Positions 10,701 through 21,964 of a stretch of DNA of 28,637 nucleotides are shown piece by piece; position 1 is the stretch's first letter; each line of letters starts with the position of its first letter. Both the position numbers and the translations under genes were made by a program. Where the stretch lies: positions 9,347,132-9,375,768 of the forward strand of contig CM119271.1 in NCBI GenBank assembly GCA_051294375.1, written 5' to 3'. The notes under the pieces were generated by a model, which was not told where the DNA came from, searched no databases, and saw nothing but the letters and a program-made list of their open reading frames with translations. This DNA is from Paraspadella gotoi. Lineage: Eukaryota > Animalia > Chaetognatha.

Positions 10701-11954
10701 TATTATTAAGCTTGCGAACGTTTCAATGTTCGGGTTTTTAATTTAGTCGATGAATGAACGAGAGACAGATTCGTTATTTTACGTGTGGTCGGTGCGATTG
10801 AGCACTTTTGCGGGGTTAAATGTAAAAAGATTTATAATAAAAATACCTAACTGATTAAAAAAAGATACTTTTTTAAAAATTTCTAATACATATTCATATA
10901 CATACAGATTTAGTGTGGTTTCATTATGAAAAAAATGTACGGACAAAACTGTACGGACGACTGCACGACTGTACAATTCCGAAGCTTAAAGGAAATGAGT
11001 AGAAATGAAGTAAGGAACTCTGGCGCCTAAGAAAAAGAAAAAGGCGGGCAGAAACAGAGAGAGAGAGAGNNNNNNNNNNNNNNNNNNNNNNNNNNNNNNN
11101 NNNNNNNNNNNNNNNNNNNNNNNNNNNNNNNNNNNNNNNNNNNNNNNNNNNNNNNNNNNNNNNNNNNNNNNNNNNNNNNNNNNNNNNNNNNNNNNNNNNN
11201 NNNNNNNNNNNNNNNNNNNNNNNNNNNNNNNNNNNNNNNNNNNNNNNNNNNNNNNNNNNNNNNNNGAACGAACGAACGAACGAACGAACGAACGAACGAA
11301 CCAACTAATGAAGGAGCAGGGAAACAAGGGAACTAAGGACTCTCGTCCCTCAAAGAGAATTATTTAGAAAAAAANNNNNNNNNNNNNNNNNNNNNNNNNN
11401 NNNNNNNNNNNNNNNNNNNNNNNNNNNNNNNNNNNNNNNNNNNNNNNNNNNNNNNNNNNNNNNNNNNNNNNNNNNNNNNNNNNNNNNNNNNNNNNNNNNN
11501 NNNNNNNNNNNNNNNNNNNNNNNNNNNNNNNNNNNNNNNNNNNNNNNNNNNNNNNNNNNNNNNNNNNNNNNNNNNNNNNNNNNNNNNNNNNNNNNNNNNN
11601 NNNNNNNNNNNNNNNNNNNNNNNNNNNNNNNNNNNNNNNNNNNNNNNNNNNNNNNNNNNNTCTCCCTCTCCCTCTCTCGCTCTCTCGATCTCATTCTCGC
11701 TCATTTCTTTCTCCTTTCATCGATCGTTTTTTTTCCCCCCCGCGCCGTTTTCTCTCTCACGCGTTAGACTACCGAGAATCCCACCTGCGATTCCTCACCC
11801 TCTCATCTTTCCTTACCCCCTGACATTCGTTTCCTCACCTCTGCCCCCCGCAACCCTCTCTCACTTCGCCGGGTCTAAGCAAAACAAATTTTCCCCGATG
11901 GATCAAGAAATTCATAATCGGCGCTGACCGACGCCCCCCCCCTTTCTGCCCTCT

Positions 11955-12089
11955 GCAGCGGCGGCAGCGGCAACAGGACAAGCTGCAGCATCCGCGACCG
12001 TATCGGCAGCGACTACAGCAGCGACGACAGCAGCGGCAGCATATCAGTAGCGACTGCAGCGGCGGCGACAGCGGCGGCGACCACGGCGG
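11955..12089 (+). repeat. Degenerate GCA/GCG/ACA triplet tract, possibly exonic (copy at 19805-19948)
   Basis: Strict 3-nt periodicity; preceded by GCTGAC, a C/T tract and ctctgcag. Confidence 0.7.
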
Positions 12090-12144
12090 GAGAGATGAGA
12101 GAGAGGAGAGAGAGAGAGGGAGAGAGAGAGAGAGGGAGAGAGAG

Positions 12145-12212
<68 letters not shown>

Positions 12213-12532
12213 AAAGAGAGAGAGGAAATATTAGAGCGAGAAAATGAGAAAAAAGTATTACCGAAGAAAACCTATTATTCGTCGCGAAAGGCGATCGTTA
12301 AGTCCATAGAGATGTTAACGCCGTTGCCAGGGAATCCTCCGACATTTCTCTCTCTCGTCGTACTTTCCCTAGCGACACTCCCGCCCCCCTTTGTCACCCC
12401 CTGACTCCCCGCCTCGCTTTTGCGAAAAGAATGAAAAAGAAAAAAAACTAATTCCAATCGCAACAATGGAGCCTCCTTACGTGCACCAACGCCATTTACT
12501 ACGAAATCACCAAATCTCTCTCTCTATCTCTT

Positions 12533-12623
<91 letters not shown>

Positions 12624-14922
12624 CATCTTTCATTGACAGAGAACTTTGGTTGTCCTCCAAGTAAGAAAATTCTCCGCAATCGTATTATTTATCCGCGAGT
12701 TTTTTATTTTCTCTCTCTCTCTTTCATTTTCTTTTTCTCCCACCATCTCACATCTCTCATCGCGTTCTTCCCTTTTTTCCTCCAGTTCACCCTTAGAGTC
12801 TTCACCCCTGCATACCACCCAGTTTTTCACCACCCATCTCCCGAGAATCATCTTTTGTTCGCTCCTGCTTTTTCTCTCCAGAGTTTTTTTTTTCACGGTT
12901 CTTTCGTGCTGGATTCCAGTCACGAAAACTTATCTCTCTCCCCTCTCTCTCTTCAAATCCGCAAGGAAAAAAATAAGCCTGGTGTAGCATCAGGCCCTGG
13001 CGATGCAAGCGGGCTGGATATATTCAGTCTGGTAGGGATTGTTTTTGGAAATATATTTTACAGAAGTTAAACAATTTACGTATATTACGCATTGCACATG
13101 AAAGCTCACACTGTTATCGGGGTACGCGCAAAAGTTACACTATTTGCAAACTCGTTGCCGTGTTTCATGTTTCGCATCTGTTTTTGATTGGTTACTCGTT
13201 GCGAGGCCATAATAAGGAAAGAAAAATGGAAAAAAAAATCGAAAAGAAAAGAAAAGAAAGGAAAAAAAGAAAGGGATAAAAAAGAAAATAAAAGAAAAAA
13301 GAAAAAAAGAAAATCTAAGCACAGAGATCAAATAAGATAAGATAAAGATAAGATAAGATAAGATAAGTAAGATAAGATAAGATAAGATAAGATAAGATAA
13401 GATAAGATAAGAGAAAAGATAAAAAATACTAACAAAAAAAAATAAATTAAATGTGAAGAAAAAGGGAAAACCTGTTAAAAATGCAACCTCGGAGAAAGAA
13501 AAGAGAAAAAGCTCACAACATGGCGGCCGCGAGTGAATTCTATGAGGAATACAGGTTTTTCTCACGCGCCCCCCCCTTCTCTACTCCGCCCTCTTCACAA
13601 AAAAAAAAAAAAAAGGAAAAGCGCAAGGTTTTTTTCCCGACTCTTCCTTCGCCTTGTCAGACAAAAATTGAGTACCGCCGAAAATATGCAAAAGTTCTTT
13701 GCGAAAAGTTGTTTTTTTTTTTTTACGACTAATCAGAGAACGTTTCTTTTTTTTTTTAATTTTTTTTTTTCATCGGCACACCTGGTAAAGATTGCTAGGT
13801 ACTCCAAGCTTCGATATATCGCTTCGCTTGGCATATTCTCTAACGAGACCAAGCAAAGTCGAAGGCCATAAAACGCCATAAACAATGAATCGATTCGAGA
13901 AGTTTATTGATTCATTATTTACTCTTTATCATTGTTTCATTATCTGGCAGGAAAGCTTGGCGCTGACGATGATACCTTAGTGATTAAAACTCTTGTAGTA
14001 AAAAAAAAAAAGACAGATCATATGTACGTATTTGTTTTGTACAGATCGGTTACAGACGGTTACAATGTTTGGGCTCGCGAACCGACCAGTTTATGAAAGA
14101 GGCGTCGTCCTTCGAATTTTTTTTTTTTTAACCGCCATAATCAGAATGGAATGCAGATGACGTCGTTCTTGGTCGTTGGGAAACAAAGATGCGTGGAACG
14201 AACGAAAAGAGGAGAGTGGAAAGAGACGAGGATAGAAAGAGAAATGAGGATGGAAGAGAGCAAAGAAAATGAGGATGGAAGAGAAAGAAATGAGGATTAA
14301 AAGTAAAACATAATCGGTCGGTGATCGTGGAAAGAAGAAAGAGAGAGAAGAAATGATAAGTAAATAGCAGATCTTTATTATTGATTTTTTAAAATTTATA
14401 TTATTTAAAGAGGGATAATTATAAAGTGAATTAAGTGAAATTAACGTTGATGGCGATCACTGTGCAAAGGGACATTTGCAAGAGAGGAAATTTTATTGCA
14501 TGTTAAATAGCCGAGACGAAATTAAAAAAAAAAGAAATATACCTCAATCGTATATCTATCAATATTAGCTATACTACAACAACGACAAACGAAAACAACG
14601 ACAAAGATGAATCATTTATCAATTAACACCCGACCTCGGTCAACTTTATTAATCATATTAATATATATATAAATATTAATATCTTTTTTAAATGATCAAG
14701 AAAAAGAAAAATAGGGAAACTTTAAAAAAAAATGGAAAAGAAGCTCAGAAGAGAGAGAAGCGACCTGGCGCCAAAGCATTGACGATCCATCACCATCTAC
14801 CGTCTGCAATGGAAAACCGATATGATGGAGGTTTTTGAGTCTTTCTCTCTCTCTCTCTCTCTCTCGTCTCTCTCTCTCTCTCTCTCTCTCTGCTCTCTCT
14901 CTCTCTCTTTCTCTCTCTTTTC

Positions 14923-14981
<59 letters not shown>

Positions 14982-15905
14982 CCCTCCTCTCTCTCTCTCT
15001 CTTTCTTTTTTTTATGCATATAACGATTTTTTTTTCTCTGTAGTTTTACCCGTTTTTTTTTTATACTTTATAACTGAAAATAGAAATTCGATAAATTTTC
15101 ATGGTATTTATTACTTTTTAATTAATATTAATTTTATTAATTGTATTTTACTTTAGTTTATTCTGCTTCAGACACCAAAAAAAAAAAGAGAATTTTATCG
15201 GCGCCAGAAAGATGAAATCGTCTTAAAAAAGAAATTTGTTTTTATTTCAATAATATATTAGTTAAAGTAATTATTACAACAAATGTTAACAAAATATTTT
15301 TAATTAAAAAAAGTTCGTTCGCGATCATGTCATTCAATTTAGTTATATACATACAAACGATAAACATTTTGCGTCGTCGTCGTCGTCGTATCAGTTCCGA
15401 TGCAACTGAGACTAGGCGCTTTTTATTCTCTCGCTACGCTCTCTCTCGACGGAAGGCTGTAAATTTACGACGAGCGCGCTACCGTAGATGAAAACTCACC
15501 GGTGCGCGTAGCGTAAAACATCAGAAGAAAATATAAAGAATTATATGCCTAATATTCCGAAACAATAATCATGAAATTATAAAAACAAGAATCTTTTGTT
15601 TTGTCAAAAGGCTGCACATTTAAACTAAGACTCTAACGTCTCCCCCACTCAGTTTCAGTTCGAGATATTCAAAGCGACAGAGCAGATGGAATAGGAATTG
15701 GTCTTTGTAGTCGTTGCTTTTGTTTGCCACTCTTGCAGTCGTCGTTGCTTTCAATCGCCGACGTTTAAGTGTCGTCGTCGTCGTTGTTGTTGTTGTTGCT
15801 GTGCCAAACTAAAAAAGAAACAAAAAAATAAAAGAAGAAACAAAAGGCTTTTCCATAAATATTTAATCTTTGTGAGGTGTTATTTAAGACAAGAAAACAA
15901 AGAAG

Positions 15906-15936
<31 letters not shown>

Positions 15937-17066
15937 GAAGAGGAGAGAGAGAGAGAGAGAGAAGAGAAAAATGGTTTGATATAGAGGGATTAAACGACGA
16001 ATGGCTCAACAATCGAGCGCGACGGTAATAAATTCTCGATATTTAATTTCGTTATGTACGACGTATATTTTTTTTTTCTAGTCTCAATTTATTGCGCCGA
16101 CTTTCCTATCGTAAATAATAGCCTAGTATTAATTGAAAAGGCGGTCGGTGATCCATGCGTTACAAAATTGCGGCAACACGATGGAATCTATGTATGGTAA
16201 GTTACTATTATAATAATTATACTACTTATTTTTTCTTTTATCCGTGGATGTTCTCGGTTCATTCTCAAGTCGCCAAGACTTAATCCAAGATAAATCGTTT
16301 ATATCGATATCGGTTACGTACAATTTTTCATAGTTGTTTAGTTTCATCGGGTCTTGACTCCTATGCTACTTACATCCGGGTTTTGCAGTGATTTCTTTAC
16401 GGTTTTCTTAGTATTTTCATTTACATTCGGAATTCGTAGTATTTCATGAATCTCCATACATCCTGGGCGTTTTTGAGCCATCTAGTTATTTCCGGATATA
16501 TTCTTTCTAATCGGTTAAATCGAGTTTTCTTTGTTTTTCAGCCACATCCGGGCGTCATTATATCTTTTTATTCACATCCGCCCATCTTTTCTCTCTCTTA
16601 GTTTGTTTTTCATCAGTTTCCCCGGCGTCGTGGCCAGAGACGCAGGTGGCGGCCGCGTTTTGGCATTAAGGCGCCGTCGTTTCTTAATCTAGTCGTCGTC
16701 GTTGTCTTTGTCGTCCTGTCATCTTCATCCTGTTTTCGTAGTCGATGCATCCTAATTGTCGTCATTGTCATTGTCGTCGTCGTCTTATTCTCATCTTCTT
16801 TCTCATCTTGTCATCATCGTTGTCATCATGTCATCACATTCTAGTTTATCGTCATCACGGGTCGTCCGTCTACGTCATCTTCGTTCTTGTTTTGGTCGTC
16901 GTCCTCGTCGTCGTCGTTTTTCTCATCGTCTTTATCGTCGTCGTATCGTCATCGTCTCGTCGTCTTCCTCCGCCCCGACGCAGCCCCGACGCAGCGGCGC
17001 GCGACGCGCCTACCCTCGAACTCACCCACGAAATTCAAAAACTCTGATTAGTCTTCGTCTTTGGAC

Positions 17067-17275
17067 TGAAGGTCGAAGCGAAATCGATGGAAAACGTGGA
17101 GAAGGAAAAGTGGCAACTGATTGGCTCAGTGATTGGTAAAAAGTTGGCGCGTTGATTGGTTCATTGGATGGCGCAGTTATTAACGTTTAGATCGCGTTAC
17201 AGATCGTGCAATGATTGGCTGACGCTATTATTGACTGCGAAAGGAAAGATCGTCAGAGTTGTCAATCATTATTGG
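17067..17275 (-). promoter_or_regulatory. Duplicate of the CCAAT cluster/Inr promoter
   Basis: The same motifs are retained in copy 2 (ATTGG cluster 17120-17275, GGACTGA at 17063, donor ACTCAC at 17020-17025). Confidence 0.6.
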
Positions 17276-17489
17276 CGATTTGATGAATTAGGACGAAATA
17301 AAGAGAAGAGAAGGAAAATGGCAAAAATGGGAAAGCTGGCCGTGGGCGTAAAATTGGCGCAACAGAAATGGAACAGAAAAAAAACTGCAGCAGCCCGAAT
17401 CTGTAAAACGAACACTTAACTGATAGCCAAAGTGGCTGGGTAAAAAAAGTGAGAGCAGGATAGAAAATGAGATACTTAAAATAAGATGG

Positions 17490-17551
<62 letters not shown>

Positions 17552-18022
17552 AGAGAGGAGAGACGAGAGAGGAGAGAGAGAGAGAGGAGACGAGAGAAGC
17601 GAGGGAAACTGAGCAATCGATTCACGCCTAAAAAAAAATGCGTAGCAGACGGAAGAAAAATTACGACAAAAACTGTTTGTTTTTTTCCGCCATAAAAAAT
17701 GAGTCCCTTTAGAGAAGAGAAAACAAGACGTCTTGGTCAATGACTGGACGTGGACAGTGGAGAGAGAGAGGAGAGGGAGAGAGAGGAGAGAGAGAGAGAG
17801 AGAGAAGAGAGAGAGAGGAGGAAGAGAGAGAGAGAGAGAGAGGAGAGAAGAGAGAGGAGATAAAGTTATAAAACACGGACAGAAAAATCAGTCAGAATGA
17901 GAAAAGTTGTAACCGCAACTCTGATATTCATTTAAAAGGATTTAACCTAGCCAAATCCATACACAAATAAATATAGACTGACGGATATACGTACAGACAG
18001 ACACGCGGCAAAAGGCACGCGC

Positions 18023-18073
18023 TCAAGGCGACCGGAACCGAGCGTGCGACACGAGGGATGATCGCGTCTCCAG
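18023..18073 (-). CDS. Putative last coding exon of gene A (LETRSSLVSHARFRSP*)
   Basis: Acceptor aatttgtttttag|C, GC-rich island, TGA in phase 0. Identical in both duplicate copies. Confidence 0.3.
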   Translation of the reverse strand: METRSSLVSHARFRSP

Positions 18074-18189
18074 CTAAAAACAAATTGAGGCCAAAATTCC
18101 AAAACCTCGAAGTCAGGAGGTTCAACTCAATTTAGAGAGAAAGAGAGAGGAGAGAAGAGAGAGAGAGAAAGAGAAGAGGGAAGGAGAGA

Positions 18190-18227
<38 letters not shown>

Positions 18228-18793
18228 CCTCTCTCGAAGCAGAAAAATGCGACAAAACTACTAGAGGGTTAGAAAATAAAAATTAGTTTTTCTCTCTCGT
18301 TTTTTTTTCTGAAACGAAAAAGGTAATTAAAAAAAATGCTTGACTAGAAAATTGCTCTACGTAAATTGGGGGGGTGGTGATGATGATGATGATGACGATT
18401 GATGATGATGATGATGACGATGATGATGATGATTATTATTAAGCTTGCGAACGTTCAATGTTCGGTTTTTAATTTAGTCGAATGAATGAACGAGAGACAG
18501 ATTCGTTATTTTACGTGTGGTCGGTGCGATTGAGCACTTTTGCGGGGTTAAATGTAAAAGATTTATAATAAAAATAACCTAACTGATTAAAAAAAGATAC
18601 TTTTTAAAAATTTCTATATACATATTCATATACATACAGATTTAGTGTGGTTTCATTATGAAAAAAATGTACGGACAAAACTGTACGGACGACTGCACGA
18701 CTGTACAATTCCGAAAGCTTAAAGGAAATGAGTAGAAATGAAGTAAGGAACTCTGGCCGCCTAAGAAAAAGAAAAAGGCGGGCAGAAACAGAG

Positions 18794-18824
<31 letters not shown>

Positions 18825-19000
18825 CGAGAGAGAGAGGAGAGAGAGAGAGAGAGAGAGATGAAGAGAGAGAGAGAGAGAGAGAGAGAGGATTTTCAATTTC
18901 CCCTTCGAGCGAAAAAAAAAAATCTTCTTCATCGATTTGAACTCATTTGGCGCCAAAGAGAGAACGTCAACCGGAAGTCGGAGGGAGCTTGGAGAACTGA

Positions 19001-19074
19001 CGAACGAACGAACGAACGAACGAACGAACGATACGAACGAACGAACGAACGAACGAACGAACGAACGAACGAAC
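19001..19074. repeat. (GAAC)n tetranucleotide microsatellite (copy at 11266-11301)
   Basis: Seen directly. Confidence 0.95.
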
Positions 19075-19277
19075 CAACTAATGAAGGAGCAGGGAAACAA
19101 GGGAACTAAGGACTCTCGTCCCTCAAAGAGAATTATTTAGAAAAAAACAAAACAAACCAAACATGAGAAATTAAAATAAAAAGACAAATAAAAACAAACA
19201 AACAGGCAAATGAATAAATATGAATGGAACAAGAAACACACACAAACGCGCTTATAGAAAGAGAGGAGAGAGAAGAG

Positions 19278-19358
<81 letters not shown>

Positions 19359-19462
19359 AAGAGAGAGAGAACGAAACGGCATCGTCGTTGTTTTTTTTTT
19401 TCATCTTTGCTCACCTTTGCATTTCACTTCTCATCTCTCACACTCTCTCTCTCTCTCATTCT

Positions 19463-19520
<58 letters not shown>

Positions 19521-20133
19521 TCCCTCTCTCGCTCCTCTCGATCTCATTCTCGCTCATTTCTTTCTCCTTTCATCGATCGTTTTTTTTCCCCCCCGCGCCG
19601 TTTTCTCTCTCACGCGTTAGACTACCGAGAATCCCACCTGCGATTCCTCACCCTCTCATCTTTCCTTACCCCTGACATTCGTTTCCTCACCTCTGCCCCC
19701 CGCAACCCTCTCTCACTTCGCCGGGTCTAAGCAAAACAAATTTTCCCCGATGGATCAAGAAATTCATAATCGGCGCTGACCGACGCCCCCCCCTTTCTGC
19801 CTCTGCAGCGGCAGGCAGCGGGCAACAGGACAAGCTGCAGCATCCGCGACCGTATCGGCAGCGACTACAGCAGCGACGACAGCAGCGGCAGCATAATCAG
19901 TAGCGGACTGCAGCGGCGGCGACAGCGGCGGCGACCACGGCGGCAGCTCCATTCCTCTCTCTCTTTTTTTTCCCCCCTTTTCGTATTCGTGAGAGAGAAA
20001 AAACTTCTCGTAAATCTTGAGCGGGAAAAAGCGGGATGATGGGGAGGGGGGGTGGGCTGTATGATTACGTGAGGAATATAAGAGGGACGGAGGGGGGGGG
20101 AGAGGGGANNNNNNNNNNNNNNNNNNNNNNNNN

Positions 20134-20347
20134 AAGATAGGTAAAAGGGTCAAGGGGGATAGATAGGTAAAGGATGGGTAAAAGACTAAAGAGGAAAAGA
20201 TAGGTAAAGGAACTGGGAAAAAAGTTAGGTAAAGGGTTGAGGAGAAAGGTAAAGGGCCGAGGAAAAAGCTTAAGAAAAGAGGGGAAAGCTAGGTAGAGGG
20301 TCGGAGGAAAAGATAGGTAAAGGGTCGAGGGAGAAGATAGGTGAAGG
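20134..20347. repeat. Degenerate ~23-bp purine-rich minisatellite, consensus AGATAGGTAAAGGGTCGAGGAAA
   Basis: About 9 diverged units with an AGGTAAAGG core. Confidence 0.85.
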
Positions 20348-20712
20348 TGACAAAGACAGGTACGGTGACGTGAGAAATAAGAATTAAATGATGAAAAGAT
20401 TCAGATGAATTATAAATACGCTTAGCGAATGGAAAGATATGAGTCACTGGTAAGAAGCCTGGATGTGAAGGATATGATTAATCGGCCAGTTGAAAATTAA
20501 GGGGGAAATTCGCAAAGTTTACAAAAACCCATTGATACGTTCAAAAAGGACACTTTGGGTCGTGAATATAAACAAAAAAATTCATTTGAAAGATTATAAA
20601 TAATTTTGAACGGAAATTCATGACGCCGAAATTCGCACACATGGAAAACTAGATGTCGCACGCAGACGTTCACTGGTCGGATTTTCTCACACGGTTTCAC
20701 TCTCAGTCTTAC

Positions 20713-20810
20713 TGTCGTCTCCTCCTCCTCCTCCTCCTCCTCCTCCTCTTCCCCTTCCTCCAGTCTCGCCTGTTCGCTATTATCACGAATTTCCATATGT
20801 AAGACGGAAA
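20713..20810 (-). CDS. Putative acidic gene A exon (SVLHMEIRDNSEQARLEEGEEEEEEEEEETT)
   Basis: Donor ACA|GTAAGA, weak acceptor tttaaag|T, 98 nt, phases compatible with both neighbours. Partly a (GAG)n microsatellite. Confidence 0.25.
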
Positions 20811-20870
20811 CTTTAAATTTCAAATGGAATTTCCTCGGAACCATCCTTCGGATTCGTTTAAAATATATCG

Positions 20871-20942
20871 GTCGTCGTCAGCGTCGTTTTCGTCGTCGTC
20901 GGCGTCGTTTTCGTCGTCGTCGGCGTCGTTTTCGTCGTCGTC
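20871..20942. repeat. 21-bp tandem repeat GTCGTCGTCGGCGTCGTTTTC, about 3.4 units
   Basis: Seen directly. Confidence 0.92.
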
Positions 20943-21111
20943 ATTATCGTCGTCGTCGGTCGACAATCGTCATCAGGTCTTTAATATTGATGAAGCGATG
21001 AAGAGATTTAAAAAAAATAGTTAAATATTTTCCATCGTCGCCGCCGACGTGAGAAAGATAAGAGAATTAACGACACTGAAATAAAAAAAAATTGATAGCG
21101 TAAATGGAAAG

Positions 21112-21459
21112 ATTGGTTGTACCAATTTCATAAAATTCAGCTCCTTGTATTTTGATGCTAGTGCGGAGTACAATATAGTATTCCCCGATCTAATACTTAA
21201 GGGAGTGGTCTTTTCATACAATTGAAACATTCTTTGAAATATTATACCACTTCACTGATAGGGAAGCCAGGTTTACTGGGAGTGAATAAATAAGACTGTG
21301 AGAGAGTCTTGATTGAAAGCTTGCAGAAACCTGCTATGTTATTATCTTGTAAGTGTGATGGAGGCCTTAAACCACCAAAGCCTGTCCAAAGTCAGGGACA
21401 AGATAGCTTATTTATTAAATGAATGGATAATTTTTATATTGGTTGTACTAATTTCATAA
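21112..21459 (-). mobile_element. Dispersed repeat (~330 bp) with 22-bp terminal direct repeats; family unknown
   Basis: ATTGGTTGTACCAATTTCATAA (21112) and ATTGGTTGTACTAATTTCATAA (21438). Its reverse complement aligns to 2968-3175. CpG-poor compared with the flanks. Confidence 0.7.
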
Positions 21460-21663
21460 TAAAATGTAGAAGGACGTCGTTTGGAAAATAGATACGGGAA
21501 TAAAGAGTGTAAAAAATCTCTCTCTCTCTCTCTCTCTCTCCTCTCCTCATCATCGTGTCTCCTCTCTCTCTCTTCTTCCATAATTATTGAAAAATGATCA
21601 AACGAGCTTATGAGGATTCGAAACATGTCAGTTTTTTTCTCTAATACTAATTTCTGTTTTTAC

Positions 21664-21835
21664 AGATCAAATCGTATTTAAAGCGATGTTTCGTTGAGGC
21701 AATATGACGAACATGAATATAAGCCTCTGGTTCTTCCCCCCGCAAGGGCTCAGGGTCATCACCACCCCTATAAATTCCCCACCCCTCACCCCAACGGGCC
21801 CGGAGGGTCTCTGGTCGAACCCTTTTATGTTTTCT
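21664..21835 (-). CDS. Putative gene A exon (RKHKRVRPETLRARWGEGWGIYRGGDDPEPLRGEEPEAYIHVRHIASTKHRFKYDLI)
   Basis: Acceptor tctcttcttctctcag|A, open in phase 0, weak donor TCT|GTAAAA. Strand is not certain because a good + strand acceptor also exists at 21665. Confidence 0.35.
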
Positions 21836-21933
21836 CTGAGAGAAGAAGAGACACAATGGAGTGGGAGAAAGAGAGAGAGGAGATGAGAGAGGAGAGAGAG
21901 AGAGAGAGGAGAGGAGAGAGAGAGAGAAGAAAG

Positions 21934-21964
<31 letters not shown>

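Larger units (their letters stand above)
12090..19943. repeat. Large tandem duplication, copy 2 (alignable part 12711-19943)
   Basis: Same order and orientation as copy 1; differences are mostly single-base indels. 12090 begins GAGAGATGAGAGA, like the sequence at about 4660 just before the N gap, so 12090-12710 probably corresponds to the gap. Confidence 0.95.

Noticed and set aside
12047-12089. Serine-protease active-site motif (DCSGGDSGG)
   Set aside because: It arises from the GGC/GAC/AGC triplet repeat, lacks the following Pro and lies on the opposite strand from the IQPAC segment.
21292-21330. Hammerhead ribozyme (CTGTGAGA...GAAAGC); similar CTGATCA...CGAAAC at about 22599-22624
   Set aside because: The CUGANGA core is broken in both and stems I/III cannot be formed convincingly.
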